This document shows, piece by piece, positions 12,896 to 25,143 of a stretch of 64,000 nucleotides of DNA. How positions within the stretch are numbered: position 1 is the first letter of the stretch; each line of letters begins with the position of its first letter. The notes beneath the pieces were generated by a model, which had not been told where the DNA came from, searched no databases, and worked only from the letters and a program-made list of their open reading frames with translations. The stretch is from Octopus sinensis. Lineage: Eukaryota. The stretch spans positions 44,392,001-44,456,000 of the forward strand of contig NC_042999.1 in the NCBI RefSeq assembly GCF_006345805.1, read 5' to 3'. The position numbers and the translations under genes are program-made.

Positions 12896-15800
12896 AAAAA
12901 GGTAATTAATTATAAAAAGAAAAAGAACTAGCAAAACTCTTTTACCATTCTTTTTCAAGTACTCTAAAGTATTATTGGCTGATTGTTGTGCGGCAAGTTG
13001 CATTGGAGTAACATCGTTATCATTGGCAATAGAGAAATCTCCTCCACTCTGAAACTGAGAAAGAAAATAAATAAATAAGTAAAAATAACATTCTATTTTT
13101 TAATGGGTGTTAAGAAAAAGGATTGCAAATATTTCATTTTTTAAAAGCTTCTTATATCAATTTTCCTAAGTCAGCACAGTGAAATGCTTTATGTACAGTT
13201 TAAAGAGATTCTAAGTCAATATGACATTTTTGGTATTGTTCAGCCCCAGGTCAGCCACGAAGAGGCAGACCTATGACTGAATATGCTCTAGCTGTGATCA
13301 GGCTGTGGTTTGTGTTTTTATTGTTTTTTTTTTAAATATTTGTTAACTAAATTTCAAACTACATCATCCAGCATGTCCTCCTTCTAAAGGTGTGATGGTG
13401 TAATTTCAGGAGATTTAACTGCTATGTCTAGACAGTAGATTGACCACCTCATTGAATCAATGTCATTCATGTTTAACTCCAAGTCAGCTCTGATTGAGTA
13501 AACCTATAATAAAAATAAGCATTCAAGGTATGATCCCCAATCATTTAATCTAATATTTTTTCAGGTGCAGTGTATCTAGAACTACATTATCTAATATTTT
13601 TTCCTTCTTTTTTTAAATACGGTATGGCAATATTTGAGAGTGGTTTAAGGTAGTGAGCTGGTAGAATTGTTAGCATGCCAGGCAAAATACTAAGTGGCAT
13701 TTTGTTCTGTTGAGGTCGACTTTACTTTTCATCCTTTCAGGGTTGACAAAATAAGTACAATTGAGCACTGGGGTTGATGTAATTTCAGGCCTTGCGCCAA
13801 AATTTGAAATCAATATGTGAGTGTGATTTAACTGTTATATCTAGCAGGAGAATGAACAACCACATTGAAGCTTCTTTGATCTGTTGGCTGAGGCTTGTCA
13901 GTTCATTTCATAGCTATAGCTAACAGTATCTATAGCTTTACCATAGTAACACTGTAAACATAGCTAAGAGGACATTTCTTGACCTAATTACCTTAGCTTC
14001 GTATATCAAATATTATTAAAGCAATTAATTACATTCACAGTTGGATGCTCTTCCTACTTTTTCTACTAAATGACTCAACCGTGATGTATCATAAATATTG
14101 ACTGCTGTTTCCTCAACAAACCAAGATAAACATACTTTGTGTTATTTTGTGGTGTTTTTTTTTATCTCTTAACCTTTTTGTTGCCAATTTTTTTTTTAAA
14201 TACATCGAATTTGTTTAAATTAGTTTTGAAAATAATGAAAAATTTATTAAAACAACTTTGTCATTATTAAGCTGGTGTTTGGAACATAACAAAATTTTGA
14301 TGGAAGGTTTAAATGTAGATCACTTTAAGACAGAAAGTTTTTATCATAGAACCAGGGGTGATCTTAGATAGGTTGGTACCAAAACGGTTAACCAAGAGGG
14401 AAGGGTAGTGCTGTGACCCATTTCAGGTCCTCTATGACTGGAGGGAGGAAGGAAAGTATCCTCATTCGATAAACTTGACCCAAATGTTTGTAACAGAATA
14501 GACTCCATTAAAGAAATCCAAGGACAAGGTTTTGGTGTTAAAACTGGTGATGGATTAAATCTACCACCCAGATAAGGCAAACAGCAGTGGTATTTGAATT
14601 CAGAAAGAGCTAGAACAAATACTGCAAGACATCTCATTTAATGTTCTAGTGTTTCCATTAGTTTACTGTCTTATACTGGTATTATACTTATTAACTCAGA
14701 AGGATGAAAGACAAAGTTAATCTCAGCTGGTTTTGAACTCAGGATGTAAAGTATTGGAATAAATGCCACAAGGCATTTCCTCTGATGCTCTACTGATTCA
14801 GCTAATTTTCCCATAAACAGCATATAGCAAATTGCTTCCAAGATTCAAAGCCTAAGCCTACATTTTATAATGTTGTGAATGTGTGACCGTGTGCTCCTCT
14901 TTGCTGTCACATCTCAGGAATGAACCTGTTTTGGACTGATTTTATAATGGGTTCCTTTCTATTGTTCTTAGAAAATTATGAATGTCAATTGTCATACTTA
15001 GTTTAAGTTCTGTTGTTTAAGCAAACATTCTTGGGTTAAATACAGTTCAAGAAAGATAAGCCCATCTACTTTCCATTGTTCTCTGACTTACATCCAACTT
15101 TCCACCCAAACTCAGTTGTACCTCTTTCGTTTGGCTCCTGGCTAAAAGGAGTACTTCACATATGGCTTGTCATAGCAGGACTACATGACTTTCACCCGCT
15201 CTACTTGTCAACTCAGAGAGATAGAATCTCACTCTCTTATTCTTTCCTTCTTCCATCTATCTTCTAACAGTCACTCGCAGATGAACTTAACTACCTACAA
15301 ACTGGATAACTACAAATAATCTGTGGGCAACAACAGCAGCTTGAAGAAGATGTACCTTACACTGTAATGATAAAATAAAGGCCATATCAACTATATCTTC
15401 CTATCATTTATATGATACATATCTTTGTTACAATAGTTATATGCTTTGCCCATTTGTATATAGGTATGGGACGGCCCAATCTTCCTCCATCTAACACAAA
15501 GAAGGGCACAAACTGTTTTGCTTACAAGCATAGCATGGAGGTTGTTAAACTCAGACCGGATTCTTGATTGTGGGTTGTGCATAGGGTCCCCAGCCAAGTG
15601 ATGTTGAAAAGATTTTTCACTGAGAATATGTCAACAGAAAGAAAAACAATCTCTGTCTGCATTGAGCCAAAGATACTGTTTGTCTCAACAACTTATGATG
15701 TCCTTCAACTCTAATCACTTCTTGGGGAAGCTAGAGAGCCAATGCATAAGGGATAAATTGAAGGAAGGACTGGATAATAAACAAAGGACTGGATAATAAA

Positions 15801-17938
15801 CAAAGGACTGGACAATAAATTGAATAAGGACTTGGAAAGCATGTGTTGATAGCCCCTATTCAACAGGGACATGTAGAAGAAGAAGAAGAAGAAGAAGAAG
15901 TGGTGTCTTTGTTGTTGTTGTTGTTAGTGATGATGATGATGATACTGATGCTGTTGATGACAGCAATAATATTGATGGTAACAATGAAGGCTGTGACAAT
16001 GACACTGATGACGGTGATGAGGATTACAATGACAATAAGGAGGAACAGGAGAAGGATGATGATGATGGTGATGATGATGAGGAGAAGAAGGAGGAGGAGA
16101 ATGATGATGATGAGGATGATGACAACAATGACAACAACAACAGCGATGAATATGACAACAATGATGATGATAATGCTGACTGATGATGGTGATGATTTAA
16201 GAAATGAAAGTAAAAAAAACATTTCTTACCAGACAGATTACAGCAGCTAAATGATCTTTGTTTACTGAATAATGTAAAGGAGTCCAGCTTCGATGACCTT
16301 TTAAATTGGGGTCAACATCATATTCCAGTAATGTCTGAAGAAAGAGAAAACAATTGATTTCAGAGAATTATTTGCTTTGATAACCAATTGTCTCATATTT
16401 TAAAATCTGTAACAAGGCACAGGAGTGGCTGTGTGGTAAGTAGCTTGCTTACCAACCACATGGTTCCGGGTTCAGTCCCACTGCATGGCACCTTGGGCAA
16501 GTGTCTTTTACTATAGCCTCGGGCTGACCAAAGCCTTGTGAGTGGATTTGGTAGACGGAAACTGAAAGAAGCCCATCGTATATATGTATATATGTATGTG
16601 TGTGTATATGTTTGTGTGTCTGTGTTTGTCTCCCCAATGGCTTGACAACCGATGCTGGCATGTTTACGTCCCCGTAACTTAGCGGTTCAGCAAAAACAGA
16701 TCCGATAGAATAAGTACTAGGCTTACAAAGAATAAGTCCTGGGGTCGATTTGCTCGACTAAAGGCGGTGCTCCAGCATGGCCGCAGTCAAATGACTGAAA
16801 CAAGTAAAAGAGTAATAGAGTAAGTATTGCATTATTATTACTAGTTTGTTAGTATAAGTCACTAGCAACTGTGTCTGGTCTTGCCCAGGCTTGGTCTTGC
16901 ATTATAAGAAGCTTGTTTCCCAGCCACATGGTTCAGGGATTAGTTCTAGAAGAATAGTTAGTGGACTGTTAGGTAGATAAATGTATATATGTGTGTGAGT
17001 GTGTGTGTATGCACCTTTTTTTGTTTCTGTATGTAAGCATATAGATATGAAAATAAACAGATCAACATACAGATGGATAGGTACATAGATTACAAGAACA
17101 GACACATATGGAGACACGGATTCACGCATATAAAGATGCACATCCATTCATACAAACATGGCACATAGTTGCATAACACACACACACAGACAAGCACACA
17201 CAAGGAGACAGAGGTGCATACATATACAAACACATGCTCACACACACATATACATAGAAAATACACAAACACAGACATGCAAGCACATAAATATGCAGGA
17301 TATGTACATACAGATGTACACAAATACATACATATATACATATGCATACGCATATATACATACATACACACGCAAACACACACATACATACGTACATGCA
17401 TTATGTATAGGCACACACACACACACACTGATCCACACACATGCGCACAAACAAACAAAAGGGAACGCAGTGTAAATAATGGACAGAGTCAAGACTATTG
17501 AAAAGTTGCAAGACGCAACGAAAATTTTAGGAAAATAAAAATAAGAAATAAGTGGAAATTTTACTGGTGAGTGTGTTACATTATAAGGCACAAAAAGAAA
17601 ATGACTCTCCCCAGACACAATAGAATAATTATAATTAAGGTTCAGCTAATTGCTTCACCACATACCGAATTTAGAAATAGGAGTTAAAATTCCTTTTCTA
17701 CTACTATAAGAATCTCCATGACGAGAAAAGGAATTTTAACTCCTATTTCTAAATTCGGTATGTGGTGAAGCAATTAGCTAAACCCTAATTATAATTATGT
17801 TTATAATTATAAAATATTTGTATAATTTTACCTATAAAGGTTATTTTAACGTACTGATCTACTTGGTGAAATTATTAATTAATTGATTGATTAATTAATT
17901 AATTAATTTAATTGATAAATTTTACCCTTTTATTATTG

Positions 17939-17976
<38 letters not shown>

Positions 17977-20900
17977 CATATTTATATGTGTATATATATA
18001 TGTACGTATGTATGTGTATATATATATATATGCATCTGTATATATCTTTGAATTTGTGTTTGTCTCCCAACACTACATGACAATGAGTGTTGGTTTGTTT
18101 ACATCCTGTAACTTAGCAGTCCAGGAAAAGAGACCAACAGAATAAATACTAGACTTAAATTAAGTGTTGGGGTTCATTTAGTTTGACTGAATCCTTCAAA
18201 ATGGTACCCTAGCATGGATAAAGATAAAGATAAAAGATATTTCACATCACATAAGAAAATTGTTAAATAAAATGTCTTTTATTGTTCTTTTATTTTAAGT
18301 AATTTTACTTTATAACAATATATAGTAAATATTTTTACCATTTCACAACCAAATTTCCATATATGGTTTTAATGCACGTTGAATCCAACTACACATTTTC
18401 TGGTATACTTTAATAAGTATAGTCAGAATACTGAAAGCATAAGATGTATTTGATAAAATACAACTTTGAAGTTTACCATTCACCTTGCCATGTTTCAATG
18501 CTTGCAGTGCACCCCTAGTGATTTCACATATTGCATTGCAACTTAAGTTAAGCTGCTTTCTCTAACTGTCTCAGAAAATTTTCTCATCTGTTTGGGAATT
18601 TAACTAATGTCTTTTGCAGAGATGGTTTTGTCAAAGATTTGAGAAAAAGGCATCAGTATCCCTGTGACCTATTTAAACTTTAGAGAAAATTGAAGGAAAA
18701 CTGAGAAAGGGGTTCAGAAAGTTAGGAGTTTTTTTTTTGCTCTGTGACCATAAATCTATTGAATTACACTGTCTATATGTTTTTGTTAATTATGAAGAAA
18801 AATAAAACATCAAGAATTTTAAAGGATTTAATAAGATATCTTTTATACATTGTTAAGTTGATGCTTATAGTATGACTTGACAAAAGTGCTTACATAAAAC
18901 TATGATGTAAGATTTTAATTAAAATATAAGTATTTTTAAAACAAGTAGATCTGTAACGCAAAACCAGAGGTGGTTCCAATTGACTTGGTACCAAAAGAAT
19001 TGAATAACATTAATTCTGAAACACATTTTGTAATTTGAATTTTGCTTATTTATTTAAACTTCTTATGTTATTTCATTAGCAAATATGGTGATAAGCTGGC
19101 TTAATCATTAGCATGCCTGAGAAAATGCCTAGTAGCATTTCGTCTGCCTTCATGTTCTGAGTTCAAATGCCACTGGGGCTGGCTTTGCCTTTCATTCTTT
19201 TGGGTTGATAAAATAAGTACCAGTTAAACACTGGGGTCAATGTAGTTGACTCAATCCCTCCCCCAAAATTGCTGGCCTTGTGCCCAAATTTGAAAACATT
19301 TATTTCACTAGCAAATAATTCATGAATCAAAAATTTGAAAAGTGACTCCAATTATAATTGGTAGAACTGTATACATGTTCAATCTCATGATGGTGCCTCA
19401 TGTATAGTTTTGCAAACTATAGTTGCTAAGATGATCACACTGACAAGCTGCAGACAATTACGTAATTGATTATCTAAGCATTAACAATGAAACTATGGTT
19501 TGCGATTAATCTATATTTTGTATCTTTTCATTTATCTTGCTCGCTTACATTCTGGCGTTTGCTCAATTTTTCTTGAGAACATTCCTTTCTTAGTGGTAAG
19601 GCCATAGCGGATCTTCTTCTAGCATAATGGATGTCCACTTACAGGTCATCCCTTTTATATATGTATGTAATATATATATATGTATATATATATATATATG
19701 TATGTATATAAGTTTATATATTTATATATATGTAGATGTGTGGATGTCTCCTTATCTTGTCATTGGATGAAAATTGTAAATGAATGTCATTGTCAGACAA
19801 GCAGAACCATTCTTTCCCAATATTTCTTGAAAACTTATATGGTATTGGGGGGAAATATTATCTAGCTTAGAAACAGGTGAGGGCTGGCAACGGGAAAGGC
19901 ATCCAGCTGTAGGAAAATCTACTTCATGTTGAACCCATGTAAGCATGGAAAAATGGGCATTAAGACAATAATGATTATCAAAAATTAGATACTGAAATTG
20001 CAAAGCTTACCTGCAAGATATTAATGGCTTTCATATCAGCAGCTATATGAAGTGGTGCCATATGACAATTGTTTAAGATTGTTGTATCAGCACTGTGACA
20101 AAGCAAGAAGTCAACACTGAGATTTTGTCTCATCTTCACTGCAATGTGAAGTGCTGTATCGCCATTATTTTCTTGTTTATTGATATCTGTATAAAGAGAA
20201 GATAGTCTTGCAATCATTAGTGTTGTTGTGTTGATGATAATAAAGATTGTAGTAATAACAAATATGAATTTACCTATGAAATAAAATATAAATTTGACAG
20301 ACTTATAAACTTTGACAGACGTATAAACTTAAACTAATACACATAAAAACTAAAGTGAAGATAAAATATATAGTGCATTTGTTTAACTGGTGAAACCTCA
20401 AAAATATGACCATCCCCCAAGTATAGAAATATAAATTCTTTTTCAAAAACATTTATTCATTACCAAGCACACACATTAGTAATTAATCCAGTAACAATAT
20501 TGGATATAATTTCTAGATACAGGATAAGTTAGTCAAACAGTAATTAGAGGAGATTTGTAAAGGTTTTTTTTTATACATGGTTCCAGGTTCCAGGTTCAGT
20601 CCCACTGTGTGGAAACTTGGGCAAGTGTATTCTACTATAGCCTCAAGCTGATCAAAGCCTTGTGTATAGACAGTGTAGATGGAAACTGATAGAAGCCTGT
20701 CATACATATATATATATATATATATATATAGTGGAGGCTCAATGGCCCAGTGGTTAGGGTAGCGGACTCATGGTTGTAGGATCGCGGTTTCGATTTCCAG
20801 ACTGGGCGTTGTGAGTGTTTATTGAGCGAAAACACCTAAAGCTCCACGAGGCTCTGGCAGGGGATGGTGCCGATCTCTGCTGTACTCTTTCGCCACAACT

Positions 20901-21041
20901 TTCTCTCACTCTTTCTTCTGTTGGCCTGCTTGCTTAGCCAGCTGGGTGGCATCATTTGAAGGCTAAAACAATGCGAAGTGCATTGTGACCAGCGATGTGT
21001 AGCAACATCTGATAGCCTGGTCAGTCATGGAGATCACGGTG

Positions 21042-21077
<36 letters not shown>

Positions 21078-24000
21078 ATGTGAGTGTATGTGCATGTGTG
21101 TTTGTGTGTGTGTGTATATTAATGCTTGTGTTTGTCCCCCATCTGGTGTTGGTGTTGGTTGCTTGACAACTGGTGTTAGTGAGTTTACGTTCCTGTAACT
21201 TAGTGGTTCAGCAAAAGAAACCAATAGAATAAATACTAAGCTTTAAAAAAAATAAATAAATAAGTACTGAGGTCAAGTCATTTGGCTAAAAATTCTTCAA
21301 GATGGTGCCCCAGCATGGCCAAAGTCTCACAACTGAAACAAGTTCAAGTTAAAAGATAGTACACTAAATCTCTGCTAGGATTTTTCTTTATTTCTGGGGA
21401 ACCTTAGTCCAGTGATGTAGTGTAGGTTTTGGTCATTCTGCTTCGTAGCCAATCAGCTGCCCTCTTCTATAAATGTATCATAGTTTCAACACGTGTACAA
21501 AATAGCCGCCCTGTGCAGTCTACACACCTTGTATGCCCCCAACAATGCCACTGCAATATCATCTTGAGGCACTGCAGTTACCCAGGGTTCAATTTGGATT
21601 TTTGTATGATTAGCCTTGTTGTTTTAGCAGAGTGGTCTAAAGTCTCCTTTGGTTTACTACAGAATCTTGCATACCATTATACTAGACATGTTGTGTGTTC
21701 ACTCGTCGAAATAATACAAGGAATGAACTTTAAAAATAACAAGAAAGGAAACATCACGAATTCTGGTGGTTGTAGAGTTTAACCATTGTTTGAATAATTC
21801 AGCTTGGGTCATCGTTGGTTAGATGTGTTCTGTTATATTAATTTTACTCTGGTGAATAATGGCAGGAAAACCACACGACTTACCTTCATGAAAATCACTT
21901 ACCCCTCTGGTCACAGATGATTTGTTACATCAATTTAGTGAAAAAAGGTAGGTTCCGGAGCACATACAGATTAGTTGTTTGAGAATCTATTATGTGCCAC
22001 ATGATTGGGTCTTCAATCCAAATCCCATGTGATACTCAACCAATCAAAGTACATGACTCAACCAACATTCCAAACTCATATGCTAGGTGAGACAACCAAT
22101 TGTTATAGATTAATGCACTGAGTCTATCAGTTTAGTGTATTCAATATACCAGAATGGAAAATAGTCTCATTGTGCTGTCAATAAATACTGTAGGGGTTAG
22201 TACATTGATGTTACCCAGGAGAAACAATAATGCTAAGATGGCCCTGTGTCACTGCGTTAGCCAACAGATTGCATGCATTATGAGCGATACTCCATTGCTT
22301 CAATGAGCATTCTGTTATTTTGTCAAAGGAACATCTAACTCTTTACATTAACAAGTAGGTGGTTGTAGTATTCCACAGACATGTGTACCTTTAACATAAT
22401 TCTCAAACCAAATCAGTATGACAACAATATGTGACACAATTGAACCTTTGTATTACATGTACAAACCATCTGATAAGTTTCCAAGGCTATGGTAAAGACA
22501 TTTGACCAAAATATTATGCAGGTGCAGGAGTGGCTGTGTGGTAAGTAGCTTGCTTACCAACCACATGGTTCTGGGTTCAGTCCCATTGCGTGGCACCTTG
22601 GGCAAGTGTCTTTTACTATAGCCTCGGGCCAACCAAAGCCTTGTGAGTGGATTTGGCAGATGGAAACTGAAAGAAGCCCGTCGTATATATGTATATATAT
22701 ATGTGTATGTGTGTGTATATGTTTGTGTGTCTGTGTTTGTCCCCCCCAACATCGCTTGACAACTGATGCTTGTGTGTTTACGTCCCCGTAACTTAGCAGT
22801 TTGGCAAAAGAGACTGATAGAATAAGTACTAGGCTTACAAAGAATAAGTCCTGGGGTCGATTTGCTCAACAAAAGGCGGTGCTCCAGCATAGCCGCTGTC
22901 AAATGGCTGAAACAAGTAAAAGAGTAAAGAGTGGGATTGCAAACACAAACTCACACATGTAGACAGCAGAAGTCATCAACATCAATAAAGTAGCAACTAT
23001 TTTACTGGTCATATTAGTTACTTACCACCACCAAGTCCAAGGATATATGCCATTATGGAGATATGAGAATGTGCTGCAGCCAAGTGGAGAGTAGTCTGGC
23101 CAACTGAATCATGAGCATCTAAGATATTCGGCTGACACAGGTAAAGTCTATCAAACTCTTGACTATTACCATTCTGGGCTGCCTGTATTAAACAGAAATA
23201 GTAAGTGTTTAAACTTTATTGAATTTATATGGATGTGAAATGACTTGATAGATAAGGTTTGTTTTTGAAGTGGATAGAAAAATACATCTTAGGACTGTAA
23301 TTGAAGATATGTAAGACACTCTTTTTTCTGAAAAATGTCTCAAAAATCACCTTGTAGCCTATATGTGAAGTTGGGCCTCCAATAAGTTTTATTGCACTAA
23401 AGTTTTTTTTTCTTGAATATGTGCTGCTGAAATTGGGTGCATCTAATATGCCCATGTGTCTTTTATGCTATCATCTACAGTAGTTACTCAGGTATTTGAG
23501 TTTCGTGTGTAACATTTCACACGTTTACATTTACTATTCCTGAAGCTGTACAAAAAGCATAAGATACTTTCGTGTAAATTCTATCTTAGAAGTTCTATTT
23601 TTAATATAACTTTGATAGGTCAAACAGGGAAGTGCCCATGAGCTTTCTCAGGACTGATGTCAGGAAGGGAGGATATTGTTTTTTAGACTGAACATGCTCT
23701 GAAGGTTAACAACAGTATAGAGTGGAGGCGCAATGGCCCAGTGGTTAGGGCAGCGGACTCGTGGTCGTAAGAACGCGGTTTTGATTCCCAGACTGGGCAT
23801 TGCGAGTGTTTATTGAGCAAAAACACCAAAGCTCCATGAGGCTCTGGAGGGGTGGGGTGGTGAACCCCTGCTGTACTCTTTCACCACAACTTTCTGTCAC
23901 TCTTTCTTCCTACTTCTGCCACAAAGCAGAGGAACCATGGTGTAGCCCACTATGGTGTGGTAAACTTTCAGACCCTAGTCTAGATTGCAAATCCTCTGTA

Positions 24001-25049
24001 CCCCAGGATGGTTCAGCTCTCCACCCGTTAAAAGCCACTGTATACTGAATGAGGATAACAACGTAGCTTTTGCACCCTTGCAGCTGCCAGTCTATCGCAT
24101 GTGGTGGGTGGATCTTCAAGTTGCCACATGCATTCTTAGTAGCTTAGAGTAGGCTCGAATTAGAGATTATTCTTTGTGGCTAATGGCGTGAGTTCTGATT
24201 GGAAGAAGAAGAAGAAGACAACAGTATAGATTCTGCTGAAGGTCTCCAAAATCCATTTGGTCGTGTTAAACTGGCTGACACAAAGAACATTATTCAAAAA
24301 CAGAAATGGTTTCTTCAACAAAGTTACACAGTGCTTCTTTCATTTGCTAATTTAACACCTATTTTTCTTGATGCTTTACTTGTTGGAAAAACAAAAAAAA
24401 AAGTGGGGGTCCAGTATACTCTGTAAAGTGGTTGATGTTAGGAAGAGCATACAGCTCTAAAAGCCATGCCAAAAATGAGACATTGCAGCAAGAAATGATC
24501 CTGTAATGTGCTGAATCCTGTTGAACTATTCTATTCATATCAGCATGGAAAATGGATGGAAAATAATGATGAAAATGTTGATGATATATGGCAGGCCTCC
24601 TGTAGTTTCTGTCAATCAAATTTCACTCACAAGGTGTTGGTCTATCCGAGGTTACAGAGACATGCAATGGAATAGAACCTGGGATTACATACTTGCAAAG
24701 TGAATTTCTTAACCAATGTAGCCATGCCTATGTCCAGATATGACAAAAACAAAACAAAAGTACTCTGAACACTTACAGTGAATATTCGATTCATTCTTAT
24801 TTCTTGTTGGCTCAGTTAACCACCATCAGCTTAATCGTTAGTAAAATAAATATTTCAAACTGAATATATGATCAGAAAAGGATGTAAAAGAATAATTATT
24901 TATATTATACTGTGTCCTTGATTACTGTTGACTTATAACAGACCAGATGACACATTCAGAGAAATTATATTTCCTAATCCCTCCCAGGCATTTATTTAAA
25001 TTCAGTCTTTCTATAGCTAAATTGCTCAGCTGTGCATGTCTGAAATCAC

Positions 25050-25143
<94 letters not shown>

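Noticed and set aside
15843-16250. 135-aa and 120-aa ORFs rich in M/R/T or I/L
   Set aside because: Translations of a compound trinucleotide microsatellite; no domain and no splice support.
17090-17618. Five overlapping 90-126 aa ORFs (H/T/Y/C/V-rich)
   Set aside because: Products of (CA)/(TA) dinucleotide tracts.
23170-23182. Apparent 13-nt microexon (GCAGCCCAGAATG|gtaata)
   Set aside because: Reading through gives a continuous 157-bp exon with the expected TRPA1-like sequence and the correct phase.
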